DNA of 64,000 nt from Lingula anatina (Eukaryota; Animalia; Brachiopoda), in NCBI GenBank assembly GCA_051362555.1, contig CM120649.1, forward strand, positions 8,308,001 through 8,372,000, in the 5' to 3' direction. Within the stretch, counting starts at the first letter, position 1; the number at the start of each line of letters is the position of its first letter. The position numbers and the translations under genes are program-made. Shown here one piece after another: positions 47,763 through 61,307 of the stretch. The notes under the pieces are model-generated. The model was not told where the DNA came from. It did not search any database and was given only the letters and a program-made list of their open reading frames with translations.

Positions 47763-48657
47763 TTTCAGTTTGTTTACCTAGCTAAGTTTTCTCATAGATG
47801 AATGCCTGAGACCCGTATTAATTTTAAACTTTTAATTTTACATTTTAATAAAGTCAAGGTGCTCTTGTCACTTCTTAAACCCCATATCAAAAACTATTTT
47901 CTATGTTTTTTTATGTTCTTGTTTTATTTATGTTCTTATTTATTATGGTTAATATCATAATAATAACAAGATGTAGATCAGTGGCGAATGGCTTCATTGG
48001 TGTTACGTGCGAGTTGATGCCCTAGACGCCGAGTTGACGGTTAAAGACACACGGTGTGTGCTAAACCTTTATATAGCACATTATTCACGCTGAGTGTTTG
48101 CTTAAATTTTCTTTGTCAAGAAGCTTTCTCTATCGATCTACGACAAAAGAGCCACTCAAAATGAGATACTTGATCTTCAATCGGGGAAATGGATTTTAAT
48201 TGTGTGAACTGTTTTGTAAAGCGCAAGGGAAAAGTGTTGATTTTTGCCAGGTAACGGTCAAAATCAATGGGTGTTCCACAATTATGTTGCTTTTTATCTG
48301 AACTAACGCATGTTATGATTTTGCGGGAAAACACTTGAGTTAGAACTACACTATTCATTTTTGTTTATGCTTTTCTTTTAATAGTATTCATTATATTCAA
48401 AATATGCCCACTATTTACATATGTAGTAGTCACATTCTATTACACATGTAATTTCTGATCTTTATTTATCTATTAAAACAATGCAAATACGAGTAGAAGT
48501 AAATTTACAGCTAAACCAGCATAAAGGGTATTAAACAGCTGATAGTTAAGTTTAGAAAGTATTTCCCATAATAGCAAGAATTAAGAGATTTTAATTTAAA
48601 TTTAAAAATCAATGAAAAAAGTACAACTCTGATATTGGAAGTCACATTTAATTGGCA

Positions 48658-48815
48658 TCTGACCGACGTTGCGGTCTCAGACTGAGATCTTCCACTAGGT
48701 AAATGACCTGGATGGACTGGTCACCACATATTGTCATCGGTTGGGAAGTGACCGTTTCATCCAGGTCATTACCTAGTGAAAAGTCTCAGGTTGAGACTGC
48801 AACGTCGATCGGATG
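48658..48815. mobile_element. Older inverted-repeat element shared by both lectin duplicates (also about 58067-58220)
   Basis: CGACGTTGCGGTCTCAGACTGAGA..CACTAGGTAAATGACCTGGATG mirrored by CATCCAGGTCATTACCTAGTG..TCTCAGGTTGAGACTGCAACGTCG. Confidence 0.65.
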
Positions 48816-49067
48816 TCAAGATATACACAATTCCATATTTAATTCTACTAAATGTAAAAACATTCACTTATTATTAAATAACAAAAATACGCGTATTATG
48901 GGTCAATAAACGGTTTCAGAAAATTATTATGAATAGACTCGGGTATCATGTACAATATTATGACTCACTTAATAACACACTTTATAATACACGAACATTT
49001 AATGAAGAATTTTGACCAAACCCATGAATTGATTTCGCCCTCTTGACAATACTGTCTCGCCTTACGC

Positions 49068-51192
49068 CTATCCCAAGCAGTTGGCTTCATAATAGTCATA
49101 ACCAGGTTCTGCCTGCAAGTCGCCGGATTGGGCAGTGCTGGACAGTAGTTCACAGGTACATTGATCATTTCCGGTACAGAGAACGTTTACGGCCGCACAC
49201 TCCCAGTGCTGCATACAGGAGATACTGCATTTGATCAGGCTGCGGACATTAAGCGTGGCAAGGGGCACGACGGTTGCGCGAGCACCTTCTGCTACCCGCT
49301 GTAACCTGGCTGTACTTTTAATACCTACAAACAAATATTATTATTATTATTACTATTATTATCATTACTGATGTTGTTATTTTATACCTTTTACAGGTTT
49401 CTCCGACGAAAAACACGTTCGTCTAGGTTAAGCGTCGCACTTCAAATGATCTGCGCTTTAAAGTGAGGTGAGCGGCGTGGCTTCAAACAAGAGGAATTGC
49501 GCTAAACAGTTAGATGTTACTTTCGTTCACCAAGGGACTTTGGCTACCCTTGACACCAGGGAAGTGAGCCACCAACCCCCCTATAACAGGCCTACCCAAC
49601 TACCAGACTCGGCACATAAGGATCCTGAATTAACCGGTATATCGGACCACACTACCCGTTTTCAAGGTGTGTGTCAGATTGCATTTCGGAGTATCAGTCA
49701 GAACACCGACAGGATGAGCCCGCGGTCGTCCTACAAAATTTGCTCTGGGGTATGATACTCCGAAATGCGATCTGACACACACCTTGAAAACGGGTAGGCC
49801 TAGTGTGGTCCGATATACCGGTTAATTCAGGATCCTTATGTGCCGAGTCTGGTAGTTGGGTAGGCCTGTATAATAACCAAAAGGACATCGGTTGTCACTT
49901 TGACCTCCGTTTCCCTGACCTAAAACACCTATCCCAATCCCTACATAAACTTACCATGAACCTCTACTTCACAAAGCTGCAAGGGCATGGCGTCGTTGCC
50001 AACTTTAATGATCAACACATATCGTCCTCTCAGTGGTGACCCACAGGACAGAGACGTGTTCCCGACAGGTGCCGTCCCCGGGTAACTGGCGCAGAGCTTG
50101 TACTGGGTGAATGATGAACTATCCTCGTAAATGAAGCCAACTCTCACTTCAAAATTAACCAGACGCTCAGCTGAAATTAGCGCAATGTTCAACCTGACAA
50201 AAGCTTTGATAATACTTGGGTGCCATGAGTTATGAAAATAACTCGACTACATTTGGTAGATAAATACAAGGATGAATGAAGATACCTCAATATTTGAAAA
50301 CGTTGTCACATGTTAATCAGCTAATATATTAGTACTTTTCCAAACCGGCAACTTTGTTTCAGTTTCAATGTTCAGTTTAAACGTACTTGTTTCGGTTCTA
50401 CATGTGTTACTCCGTTGCAGCATTGAAACATGCAAGTGCGAAGCGTGAATACCAAAAATTAAAAGCACAAAATTAGAATGAAAGTGATTGCTTTTTAAGT
50501 CATTCGGGTTATTTATGAAACATTCCAAGTAATACATCAGCAGTAATAAAGTGAATACAAAACACCTAAGAAGAACAACACTTACAACAGCACTCGGCTC
50601 GGTTTGTTATGATAACACCTGCCAGTTTTTCCGTGGTTTTTAAATCCACCAGCCACCAATTCGCCTGAGCCCAGTTGGTATGGGAACAGCTGCCTCGTGA
50701 CCAGTCGTCGTCATAGTTACCGTCCACAGTGAGATTGGCACTGTATGTCAGGTAGGTGGAACTTTGGTATGCGGGTTTACCCTGGGCCAAACTCTGCCCG
50801 CAACCTGTGCACAGTGGCACACCTGCCGGGGAAAATATTTAGTAGACATTAAAAGATTGACTAGTTTTAGCTTTGGGGCCGTGTACACGTACAGTGAAGC
50901 TTTAAATGATGATCTCTTAGTTGATAGCTTCAACTTGACCCGTCAGTGCTTGATTTCAAGTATCAAAAAAGTGACCGACTTTTCTATGGTTTCACCAATT
51001 AATTTTTTTAACTTTGAATCGTGTTTGCACTTAAATTTTGCCTTGTTTGATATTCAATTTAGAGCTTCAAAGTAAACGTTTCTAACTGTGGCAATAAGAA
51101 AAATTAGATAGCTTTTATATCTTGTGCGACTACCCAATGTCAGACTTACCGAGAACTGTCATGGTAACGATCAGAAGTCTTGGCGACATCAT
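49068..51192 (-). CDS. F-type lectin (fucolectin) + PAN/Apple domain protein, copy 1, 250 aa; exons 51192-51150, 50822-50586, 50170-49955, 49324-49068
   Basis: Signal-like MMSPRLLIVTMTVLGVPLCTG; LAQGKPAYQSS, VDGN, CSHT, WWLVDL, ITNRAECCSERL, GRYV, LQLCEVEV; PAN-type SLIKCSISC....C.AVN......C.CEL; all introns phase 1. Confidence 0.9.
49587..49868. mobile_element. MITE with about 110-bp TIRs (CAGGCCTACCCAACT...), specific to lectin copy 1 intron 3
   Basis: Near-perfect TIRs, TATAA on both flanks; paralogous site at about 58990-59005 is empty. Confidence 0.88.
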
Positions 51193-51576
51193 ACTTAGAG
51201 AATTGCCTTTAAAATACCCTACAACATCGGACTCCTGAAGCGAAACTGATAAATAAAAACAAAAGCACGGACTGAGTGGAACGTGTAAATGAAATAAATA
51301 TCACGCCTTTGTTTCAAAGTGTGCCGTGTGAAATTGAAGGTAATCCCTTTCAATGCAAATAGTAATAAAAACTCGTATGTTTGCACATGTACTGTTTTTC
51401 TGTTTAAACGCGTGTATGCTGACGTTTGTTCTGTTTGTAAGCTGAGATAGCTTTATGCTTCTGTGGCTAAATAAAAATAAGCGGTCGATAACAGCTAGAT
51501 TGCAAAACTGTGATTAAGGATAAAAACAAAAGAAGCCCACAAGATACTTTTTTTATATTTCTTCATTTGTGAATAT

Positions 51577-51631
<55 letters not shown>

Positions 51632-51830
51632 TGCGTTTGTGTGTGATTGACGTGTGTCAAGTTATAAAAATTTTTACTTAAGTTTAATTCTCGATCACAA
51701 AACAGTATAAAAATGTTGTTGTAATATATAGCACTTCAAAACAGGGTCACGAGAGTCTAAATAAATGCCTACTTGTAAGTGGGCCTGTTGTTTGCATCTA
51801 TTAGAAAGAGTAAGTGGCGTTGTTTTATGA

Positions 51831-54800
51831 TAGTAGGCTTGTTAAGAGGTCAAACGCTGCATTTTATAGTACAAATGTCTAACTTGGCATAAATGTACAT
51901 TGGGCCAAAAGAAAATTTTTTATCCAAAGAGACGCCCTATCGATACATTAATTAGCATAAATTATGCAAATTATGTGCCAAAATATATAATATTTCATAT
52001 TTCCATTAATTTTTGGCCTAGAAACATGTGTAGATTATCAAACCTGACTAAAGAAGGGACAAGGAACCCATTTTTGATCATTTGGAAGCAATTGGTGGCC
52101 ATTTTGTGCCTCAAATCCAAGATGGCCGCCACCCACCATTTTGAAAATGGACATAATTTTGCTATTTTATGTTGAATTTTGAAGTGTTTGGTCTAACTAT
52201 ACTTGATATATATATCAATTCCTACTATTTTGGGGGTGCAAAAGTCATTTTTGATATTGTTATGGTGATAGTAGGTGATTTGAAGAAACAAAGAGGGTGA
52301 TTTAAGTGCCTACCAAGATATGTGTGAAGACTGCAAAACCATGGATATTGATAACCCGTATTCAAATATATCTCAATGCAATTTTTTGTTATATGCTATC
52401 CATAATGGACTAAATTATGAGAAAAAAAAACTCATTTTTACCATTATGGAGGCCATTGTGGCCATTTTGTCCCTCAAATCCAAAATGGCCGCCAAAAACC
52501 ATTTTGAAATTGGGCATAATTCGCTATTTTGAAACTATATGTATTACATCTTTGTAAATGAGTAATACGTCGTTTTATATTATTTTCTAGTGCAGAATAC
52601 ATTATTTGTTTCATTAAGTTTGTGCCTCAAATCCAAGATGACCCTCATACGCCATTTTCAAATTGAGCATTATTCACCGTTTTGAAACTATCACACCTTC
52701 ATAAGCGTGCCATACGTCATTTTTGATTATTTCCTGGTGCAGAATGCATTTTCGGTTTCATAAAATGTAAATAGAAACTTTTATAAGCCTCCAAATAAAT
52801 ATAGGATTCAGTCGCCACATGGGCCTGCAGTTTATATGTACAATTAGTAATCCAATTAGTGCAAAACTGCTTTTGCCCGATCTATAAAACAAGTGTCAGC
52901 AAACAAAATGGCTGCATTAAAGCAAAATAATACATCTTTGACCGCATGAGGATAATTGTTAGCCATAATTTTGATCAAAACCAAGTGTTGGTTGCATGCC
53001 GCTATTTTAATAATTTGGTGTAATTTATAACCTTTGAACTGTGCGCTTGTATTAGGTAAAATGGTACTATTCTGGGGGCTCATAAGTAATTTTCCAGTGC
53101 TAATTTGGTGACAGAAGATAATAAAAAGGTACCGTAATATAAGGTTGTAAAATGAATTCCAAGATGAGTTTCGTTGAGTCTGTAACAAAAATGTGGAACC
53201 CGAACCACATGCTCCAATATATCATCTAGATTTATCTTAAGTGACCATCCACTAAAAGATACTGAATAATTTAAAGGTAAGCAATAAATATATATACATA
53301 GTGGTATTATATTATTAATCTTTTACTGGTCAATGTGAACCAAAAAGCCACATGTACATTTATGTCCCAGTCACTGGGGCTTGCATTTGCATGTTAAATA
53401 TAGTCCAGAAAATTGGAAGGGTGAAATATGTGTCGTCTTATAATACTATGGAACTTGGTTAGTTGTATTGATGCGAAAATGCCCGTGAAAGACAAGCAAA
53501 TGGACTTTGCTTTGAAATAGCTCCAGATCTTGTCTGCAAAATCATCCAGCAGCACAAAAAAAAAAAACATGCATGATCAGCTCTGGTAGGCCAATAAGAC
53601 AACAGCCAGTAAGAATTGAGGTTTTGTCAGTGTCCTATGAGAAACAGCCAAACAATATATTAAAATCCAGTTTCCAGAGAAACAAATCAATGCATGAGAA
53701 CATGTCGCATCAGAGGAAAGTTGGTATCTTTACACAAAAGAAGGAATCTGCAAAACCAACTAGAAAGCAGCAGCTGCGCAGGTAGGCAAGAGGGATAAAG
53801 CAAAAAAGTCGAGGAAACAACCTCTTTTCGTAGTTGACAGTGCCAGTGATCATTCCTAGCATGATTTGGCCAGACAAGTCATCTCACTACCAATAGAAAC
53901 CCATAAGGCAACTACATAGTTCTCATTGTTTCCAATGGACGAACAAGCACAAAACATCTACAGTATATGACAACTACAGGAAAATTCATCTTGGAATCAT
54001 CTTAAAATACCTTATGCCTTTGTTATTATCCTCTGTCACCAGAATAACACCGGAAATTAATTACGTACTTCCAAAATAGTATCAATTGATGTATTACGAT
54101 CATATATGAAAGTCCAACAGCTCAAAAAGGTAAATTATGCCATCATTTTAAAATAGTGACAGGCTCTTGGATATGAACAACAGAATAGCTAACAGTAGTC
54201 ACCATAAAGTCGAATCAGCCATGCTGGTCTCTTGCACTTAATCTATGTCTGGCAAAACCATTTTATAATTGTTATATAACATATTTTTGCACAAATTTGA
54301 CTTCAAGACGTATACAAGCGAAGGTGCAGACGTAAGCCTGTATTGGTGTTGGAGCCTTGTAATATTTTCTTTTTGTATTATATCTCAGAAGAGATAAGAC
54401 ACGACTTCTACAACACAAATGATAAGAAACGATGTATAACATGCTAGTGTAAGAGCAATAGCTTCAAATTGATGAGTTATGCCTTACCCGTATTTCAAAA
54501 TTGTGACTGGCGGCCATCTTGGATTTGAGGATCAAAATGACTACCAATTGTCTCCAAAGCACCAAGTATGTGTTCTTTACCTTTTTTGCCATTTTGGTCT
54601 TTGATGCTTGTTTCAAGCTCTTTGGGATTTAATAAAACATTTTGTACTAATTAGACTACATGGCACATGTAAGTCTATTTGACAACTTAAGCCTACATGC
54701 ATATTGATTTTGGAGGCTAAAATAGTTTGTACTCACATTTCATGAAACAGATAATGTATTCTGCAACAGAAAATAATATAAAACGACGTATTACTCATTT

Positions 54801-55539
54801 ACAAAGATGTAATACATATAGTTTCAAAATAGCGAATTATGCCCAATTTCAAAATGGTTTTTGGAGGCCATCTTGGATTTGAGGGATAAAACGGCCACCA
54901 ATGGCCTCCATAATGGTAAAAATGTGTTTTTTTTTCTCATAATATAGTCCAATAGAGATGGTATATAACAAAAAATTGCATTGAGATATATTTGAATACG
55001 GGTTATTAATATCCATGGTTTTGCAGCGTTCACACATATCTTGGTAGGCACTTAAAACACCCTCTTTGTTCCTTCAAATCATCTACTATCACCATAACAA
55101 TATCAAAAATGACTTTTGCACCCCCAAAATAGTAAGAATCGATATATATATCAAGTATAGTTAGACCAAACGCTTCAAAATTCAACATAAAATAGCAAAA
55201 TTATGTCCACTTTCAAAATGGCGGGTGGCGGCCATCTTGGATTTGAGGCACAAAATGGCCACCAATTGCTTCCAAATGATCAAAAATGGGTTCCTTGTCC
55301 CTTCTTTAGTCAGGTTTGATAATCTATACATGTTTCTAGGCCAAAAATTAATGGAAATATGAAATATTATATATTTTGGCACATAATTTGCATAATTTAT
55401 GCTAATTAATGTATCGATAGAGGGCGTCTCTTTGGATAAAAAATTTTCTTTTGGCCCAAGGAACATTTATGCCAAGTTAGACATTTGTACTACAAAATGC
55501 AGCGTTTGGCCATTTTTTTGGTCCTTAACAAGCCTACTA
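51831..55539. mobile_element. 3.7-kb non-autonomous DNA transposon with about 780-bp TIRs and TGA target duplication
   Basis: Ends TAGTAGGCTTGTTAAG / CTTAACAAGCCTACTA; TGA at 51828-51830 and 55540-55542; mirror ORFs 51900-52175/55182-55466 and 52320-52532/54824-55051; empty site TTTTATGAAACGGCGCTAAACTAAAA at about 61057-61082. Confidence 0.92.
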
Positions 55540-55689
55540 TGAACCGACGCTAAACTAAAACCAACCTGTAGCGAAGGCAGCTTGAACATGTCCTCACTGA
55601 CGGAGGCCTGTAAGCAGTTAGAAATAAGTGATATTTGATCAAATGTCATAATTCCTTATAAATTATTAATACCGTAAGATCTCTGCATC

Positions 55690-55851
55690 ACGAAATGTTG
55701 ATTTTTTTTTCTTTTTGCTTCTAAGTTAACCCATCTCTGACCTACCCTGAAAATTTCATCAAAATCGGTCCATAATTTTTGAGTTATGTTGATGACAAAC
55801 AAACATACAGAAGGACAGGGGTGAAAACATAACTTCCTTGGCGGAGGTAAT
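55690..55851 (-). mobile_element. 5' part of HINE-like element, same family as 19911-20179
   Basis: ACAGGGGTGAAAACATAACTTCCTTGGCGGAGGTAAT is the reverse complement of that element's start. Confidence 0.75.
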
Positions 55852-58479
55852 TAGTGTAAACACTATTAGTGGAAGTCAACCTCATTGGCCGGTCAAGACG
55901 AAATGTACACAACTACATATATGAGATGTCAGTAGTCCCTGAATCACCTGTGAAATGGGCTTACAGTATATCACACACTTAAGTCTCATTAAAGTTTTTC
56001 CACGCATGTATTATAAACTTCAAACATTAATTATTGTTCTTGTAGGGCGCACAACATTTAAGATTTACTGGTATATGCTTCTTGCTGAAAGATAATATAA
56101 AAACTACAAGAATTGTTAAGTCATTTCAATAGTGTGTAATTCTAACCTTTACTTATTGCACTGCTCTTTGTGTCCTGCGGGTACCGTGTTGCTTCTCCCA
56201 CATGACCTTAGCCGTACACTCTCTTGAGGCTTTCTTGCCAATCAATGCATTGTCGGAGCACTCCCTGTGCATTTGGAGCAACGCATCTTAAACATTCATA
56301 TTGATTCAGTTTTAAATATAAATGCTATTGCTATGCAAACTAAAGTTACTAAAAGAGGGGTGGGGAAGAGAACCAAAAGACGAGCAAGATGTTCCACCAA
56401 GTGACCAGAGGATTTTGGTATTTAAGAGGGCGTACCGCGCCATATGGTACGGTTTGAACTATGAGTCAACTAGTCGAAATTCCCATTTTAAGAGGGGGCC
56501 ATTGGTGTGATCAAACCCCCCTGACACCCCCTTCTAAATCCACCACTGGTATAAGCACAAAAATCAGCCACAAGTGCATGTACTGGTACTCTTTACCCTT
56601 ACAACATTGCAGATAGGTGATTGCGACTTTGTCCATGGTGTCAAAATTCCAGAAAGTGAGAAATATCCGAATTGTGTACAACCAGTGAATAGCCGGACAA
56701 AAACCTGTGAATATCTAGTAAAAAAAATGTTCAGTTTGTGACCCTTGTAATGGATAGATATCACGGGCTATTTCGGTGTCTACAAACAAAAATAAATGAG
56801 ATTAAGAGTGGGTCTCTGTCACTTGTATTTTTTACAAATATCTGGTGTTTTTATGTAGCTTCATTTACATGTGTTATCGATTCCGAAACTTTTTGACTAC
56901 GGGGGAATCGTAACCATCTCGTTGTGTATTGTGTTTCACTGTCACCTCAGGCTCAATATTTTAACACTTTCTAAACCTAATGATCAACAACCAACTCATT
57001 CGCTGTATGAAATACTAGTGAATAGACGTGTCCTTTGTTTTCATTTCCTCTTTCTCCTTTTCTTTCAGCATATATATGGGAAAATATATATAATATATAT
57101 ATATATTATAACTCATATGGAAGAGTTTTCTTGCAATTCTATTACCCCTGTCTCATCCAGATATTTCCAGAACTGGCGATACCATTTTCTAATCTTGGCC
57201 GAATTTCAGTTAGTTTACATAACTAAGTTTTCTCATAGATGAATGCCTGAGATCTGTCTTAATTCTTAACTTTTAATTTTACATTTTAATAAAGTCAAGG
57301 TGCTTTTATTACTTCTTAAATCCACATCAAAAACTATTTTCCATGATTTTTGAATGAACTTGTTTGATTCATGTTCTCATTTATTATGGTTAATATCATA
57401 ATGAAAACAAGATGTAGATCACTGGCGATTGGTTTCATTGGTGTTTCGTGCGAGTTGGTGCCTTTTTGTTGACGCACGGTGTGTGCTAAACCTTTATATA
57501 GCACTTTATTCTCGCTGAGTTTTTGCTTATTTTCCTTTGTCACGAAGTTTTCTCTATCGATCTACGATAAAAGAGTCACTCAAAATGAGATACTTGAACT
57601 ACAATCTGGGAAATGGATTTTAATAATGTGAACTGTTTTGGATATGGAAAAGCGGAAGGGAAAAGTGTTGATTCTTCCAGGAAAATGAAAACGTTTACTG
57701 CCAGGCCAACAAAGTAACGACCAAAATCAATGAATGTTTCACAGTTACGTTGCTTTTTATCCGAATAAAACGCATACTATGATTCTGTGGGAAAACTATA
57801 CTGATTTATTTTCTGTTATGCTTTCCTTTATATACATTATTTTCATTATTTTCAAAATATGCCCAGTATTTAAATATGTAGTCACATTCTATTACATGTA
57901 ATTTTCTATCATTATTTATCTATAAAAAATGAAAATGCGAGCAGAAGTGAATTTTCAGCCAAACCAGCATAAAGCGTATTTAACAGCTGATAGTAAAGTT
58001 AAAAACCATTTCCCATAATAACAGGAAGAGATTAAATCAATATGAAAACTTTGATACTTTGGCAACTGACCGACGTTGCGCTCTCAGCCTCAGACCTTCC
58101 ACTAGGTAGACGACCAAGGTGGACTGGTCACCATATATTGTCATCGGCTGGGAAGTGACCGTTCCATCCAGGTCATTACTTAGTGAAAGGTCTCAGGCTG
58201 AGACAGCAACGTCGATCAGATGTCAAGATAAACACAGTTCCTATTTTAATACTATACCAGATGCTAAAAACATTCACTTATTATTCAATAACAAAAATAC
58301 GCGTATTAGGGGGTCAATAAACGGTTTCAGAAAATTATTATGAATAGACTCGCGTATCATGTACAATGACTCACTTAATAACATACTTAATAATATACAC
58401 TGTAAAATACTTAATGAAGAAATTTGACCAAACCCATGAACTGATTTCGCCTTCTTAATAAGACTGTCTCGCCTTACGC

Positions 58480-58747
58480 CTATCCCAAGCAGTTGGTTTC
58501 ATAATAGTCATAACCAATGTCCGCCTGCAAGTCGCTGGTTTGGGCAGTACTGGGCAGAAGTTCACAGATACATTGGTCATTTCCCATACAGAGAACGTTT
58601 ATGGACTCACATTTCCAGTGCTGCATACAGGAGATACTGCATTTGACAAGGCTGCGGACATTCAGCGAGGCTAGGGGCACGAGGGCCGCGCGAGCACCTT
58701 CTGCTACCCGCTGTAACCTGGCTGTACTTTTAATACCTACAAACAAA

Positions 58748-58783
<36 letters not shown>

Positions 58784-60441
58784 TGTTATTGTACACCTTT
58801 TACTATTTTCTCCGACAAAAACGTTCGTCTAGGTTTAGCGTCGCACTTCAAAAGATCTGTGTTTCATAGTGAGGTAAGCGGTGTGCGTGGCTTCAAACAA
58901 GAGGAATTGCGCCTACCAATATTAGATGTTACTTTCTTTCATCAAGGGGCTTTGGCTACCCAATACACCAGGGAAGGGAGCCATCAACCCCCTATTACCT
59001 CCAAAAGGACATCGGTTGTCACATTGACTTCCATTGCCCTGACCTAAAACACCTATTCCAATCCCTACATAACTTACCATGAACCTCTACTTCACAAAGT
59101 TGCAAGGGCATGGTGTCGTTGCCAACTTTAATGATCAAGACATATCGTCCTCTCATTGGTGACCCACATGAGAGAGACGTGTTCCCAACAGGTGCCACCC
59201 CCGGGTAACTGGCGCAGAGTTTGTACTGGGTGAATGATGAACTCCCCACGTAAATGAAGCCAACTCTCACTTCAAAATCAACCAGACGATTAGCTGAAAG
59301 TAGCGCAATGTTCAACCTGACATACGCTTTGACAATACTTTGATGCCAAGAGTTATGAAAGTAACTCGACTTTGGTAGATGAATACAAGGATGAATGAAG
59401 ATACCTCAATATTTGAAAACGTTGTCACTTGTTAATCAGCTAATACATGTACACTAGTACTGTACCTTTCCAAACCGGCAACTTCTTTTCAGTTTAAATG
59501 TTCAGTTTAAATACACTTGTTTCAGTTCTACATGTATTAGTCCGTTGCAGCATTGAAACATGCAAGTTTGAAGCGTGGATACCAAAAAAAAATCAAAGCA
59601 TGAAACTATATTGAAAGTGATTTCTTAGTCATTTGGCTTAATTGTGAAACATTCCAAATAATTGATCAGCAGTCATACCTTGAATCCAAAAAACACGTAA
59701 TCTGAGGAAAACTTACAACAGCAGTCGGCTCGGTTTGTTATGATAACACCTGCCAGTTTTTCCGTGGTTTTCAAATCCACCAGCCACCAGTTTCCCTGAG
59801 CCCATTTGGTGTGAGAACAACTGCCTCGTCTCCAGCTGTCGTCATAGTTACCGTCCACAGCGAGACTGGCATGGTCGATCACTCGAGTGGAACTTTGGTA
59901 TGCGGGTTTACCGTAGGCCAACCCCTGCGCGCAACCTTTGCACAGTGGCACACCTGCCGGTGAAAATAATTAGAAGATATATTTTAAAAAATGACTTTTT
60001 TGGCTATGGGAAATATGGAAACGCGTACATGTACAGCGTGCCTTTAAAAAATAATTTCTTAGTTGATAGTTTCTACTGTCGGTGATGGATTTCAAGTGTC
60101 AAAAAAGTGATTAATTGCATATACATTTCCAACAACTGACCTTGTTCCTCAATCTCTTAAGTCATTTATGACCGTTTACAATCAGCAAAATCCCCGTTAC
60201 TGTTTGCGTGCATCACATGGCGTCCTGTAACCGACCTTTTCTCTTGTTTCGTCAATTAATTTTTTTACTTAGAATGCTTGCACTTAAATTTTGCCTTGCT
60301 TGATATTCAATTTAGAACTCCAAACTAAATGTTTCTAACTGTGGCAGAAAGAAAAAAATAGATAGCTTTTTTTTTAGACTACCCAATTTCTGACTTACCA
60401 AAAACTGCTATGGTAACGACCAGAAGCCTTTGCGACATCAT
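58480..60441 (-). CDS. F-type lectin + PAN/Apple domain protein, copy 2, 250 aa; exons 60441-60399, 59953-59717, 59293-59078, 58736-58480
   Basis: Same exon sizes as copy 1 (43,237,216,257); canonical fucose-binding motif H-X26-R-A-D-CCSN-R. Confidence 0.9.
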
Positions 60442-61307
60442 ACTTCTCTCTCAATGAATATCACGCCTTTTTTAAAGTGTGCCGTCTAAAATCGAAGGTT
60501 ATCCCTTTCCATGCAAACAGTTTGCACATGTACTGTTTATTCTGTTTAAACGCCTGTATGCTGACTTTTGTTTTGTACGTAATGTGAGAAAACTTCATGC
60601 TTCTGAGGCTAAATATAAATAAGCAGTCGATAACAACTAGATTGCAAAAAAGTGATTAAGGTTGTATAAAAACACAGAGTTGCTGTCGTGAGGCCCACAA
60701 GATAATTCTTTTTATATTTCGTCATTTGTGATAATATTTGCGTGTGCATGTGTGTGTGAGAGAGAGAGAAGAGAGAGAGAGAGGGAGGGAGAGAGAGAGA
60801 ATGTGTGTGGGTGTGTGCGTACATGTATGTGCGTTTGTGTGTGTGTGTTTAACGAGTGTCATATCAAGTTACATTTTTTTACTTAATTTTAATGCTCGAA
60901 CATAAAACAGTATTCAAGATAAAAAAATCTTGATGAAATATATGGCACTTGAAAATGGAGTCACGAGAGTCTAAATTAATGCCTTTTTGTAAAAATGATA
61001 TTTTTATGTGGGCCTGTTGTTTGCATCTGTTAGAAAGAGTGTAAGTATATGTGTTATTTTATGAAACGGCGCTAAACTAAAATCGGCCTTAGCGAAGTTT
61101 ATTAAACAGCTCTAGCTTTAGAGGAAAATAAAGACACTTATGCCTATACTATTTACTTTTAGCCAGTTGAACTAGATGGTTACGATACAGAAAAATTGGG
61201 GGGAATATTCACTTTATTTTGAGATATGATATGGTATCAGAATATAATTCTCACCAAAATTATGATGGGGAGGCGAGTTAAAGTGACACATTGCCAAGTG
61301 CAGCAGT

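Larger units (their letters stand above)
46550..61100. repeat. Tandem segmental duplication of the F-type lectin block (about 46550-51830 plus 55540-55580 versus about 55870-61100)
   Basis: Colinear shared sequence in exons, introns and flanks, e.g. GGTCAAGACGAAATGTA at about 46578 and 55891; CTAAGTTTTCTCATAGATGAATGCCTGAGA at about 47782 and 57223. Confidence 0.92.

Noticed and set aside
51900-55466. Paired near-identical ORFs on opposite strands
   Set aside because: They fall within the TIRs of the 3.7-kb element; no transposase motifs.
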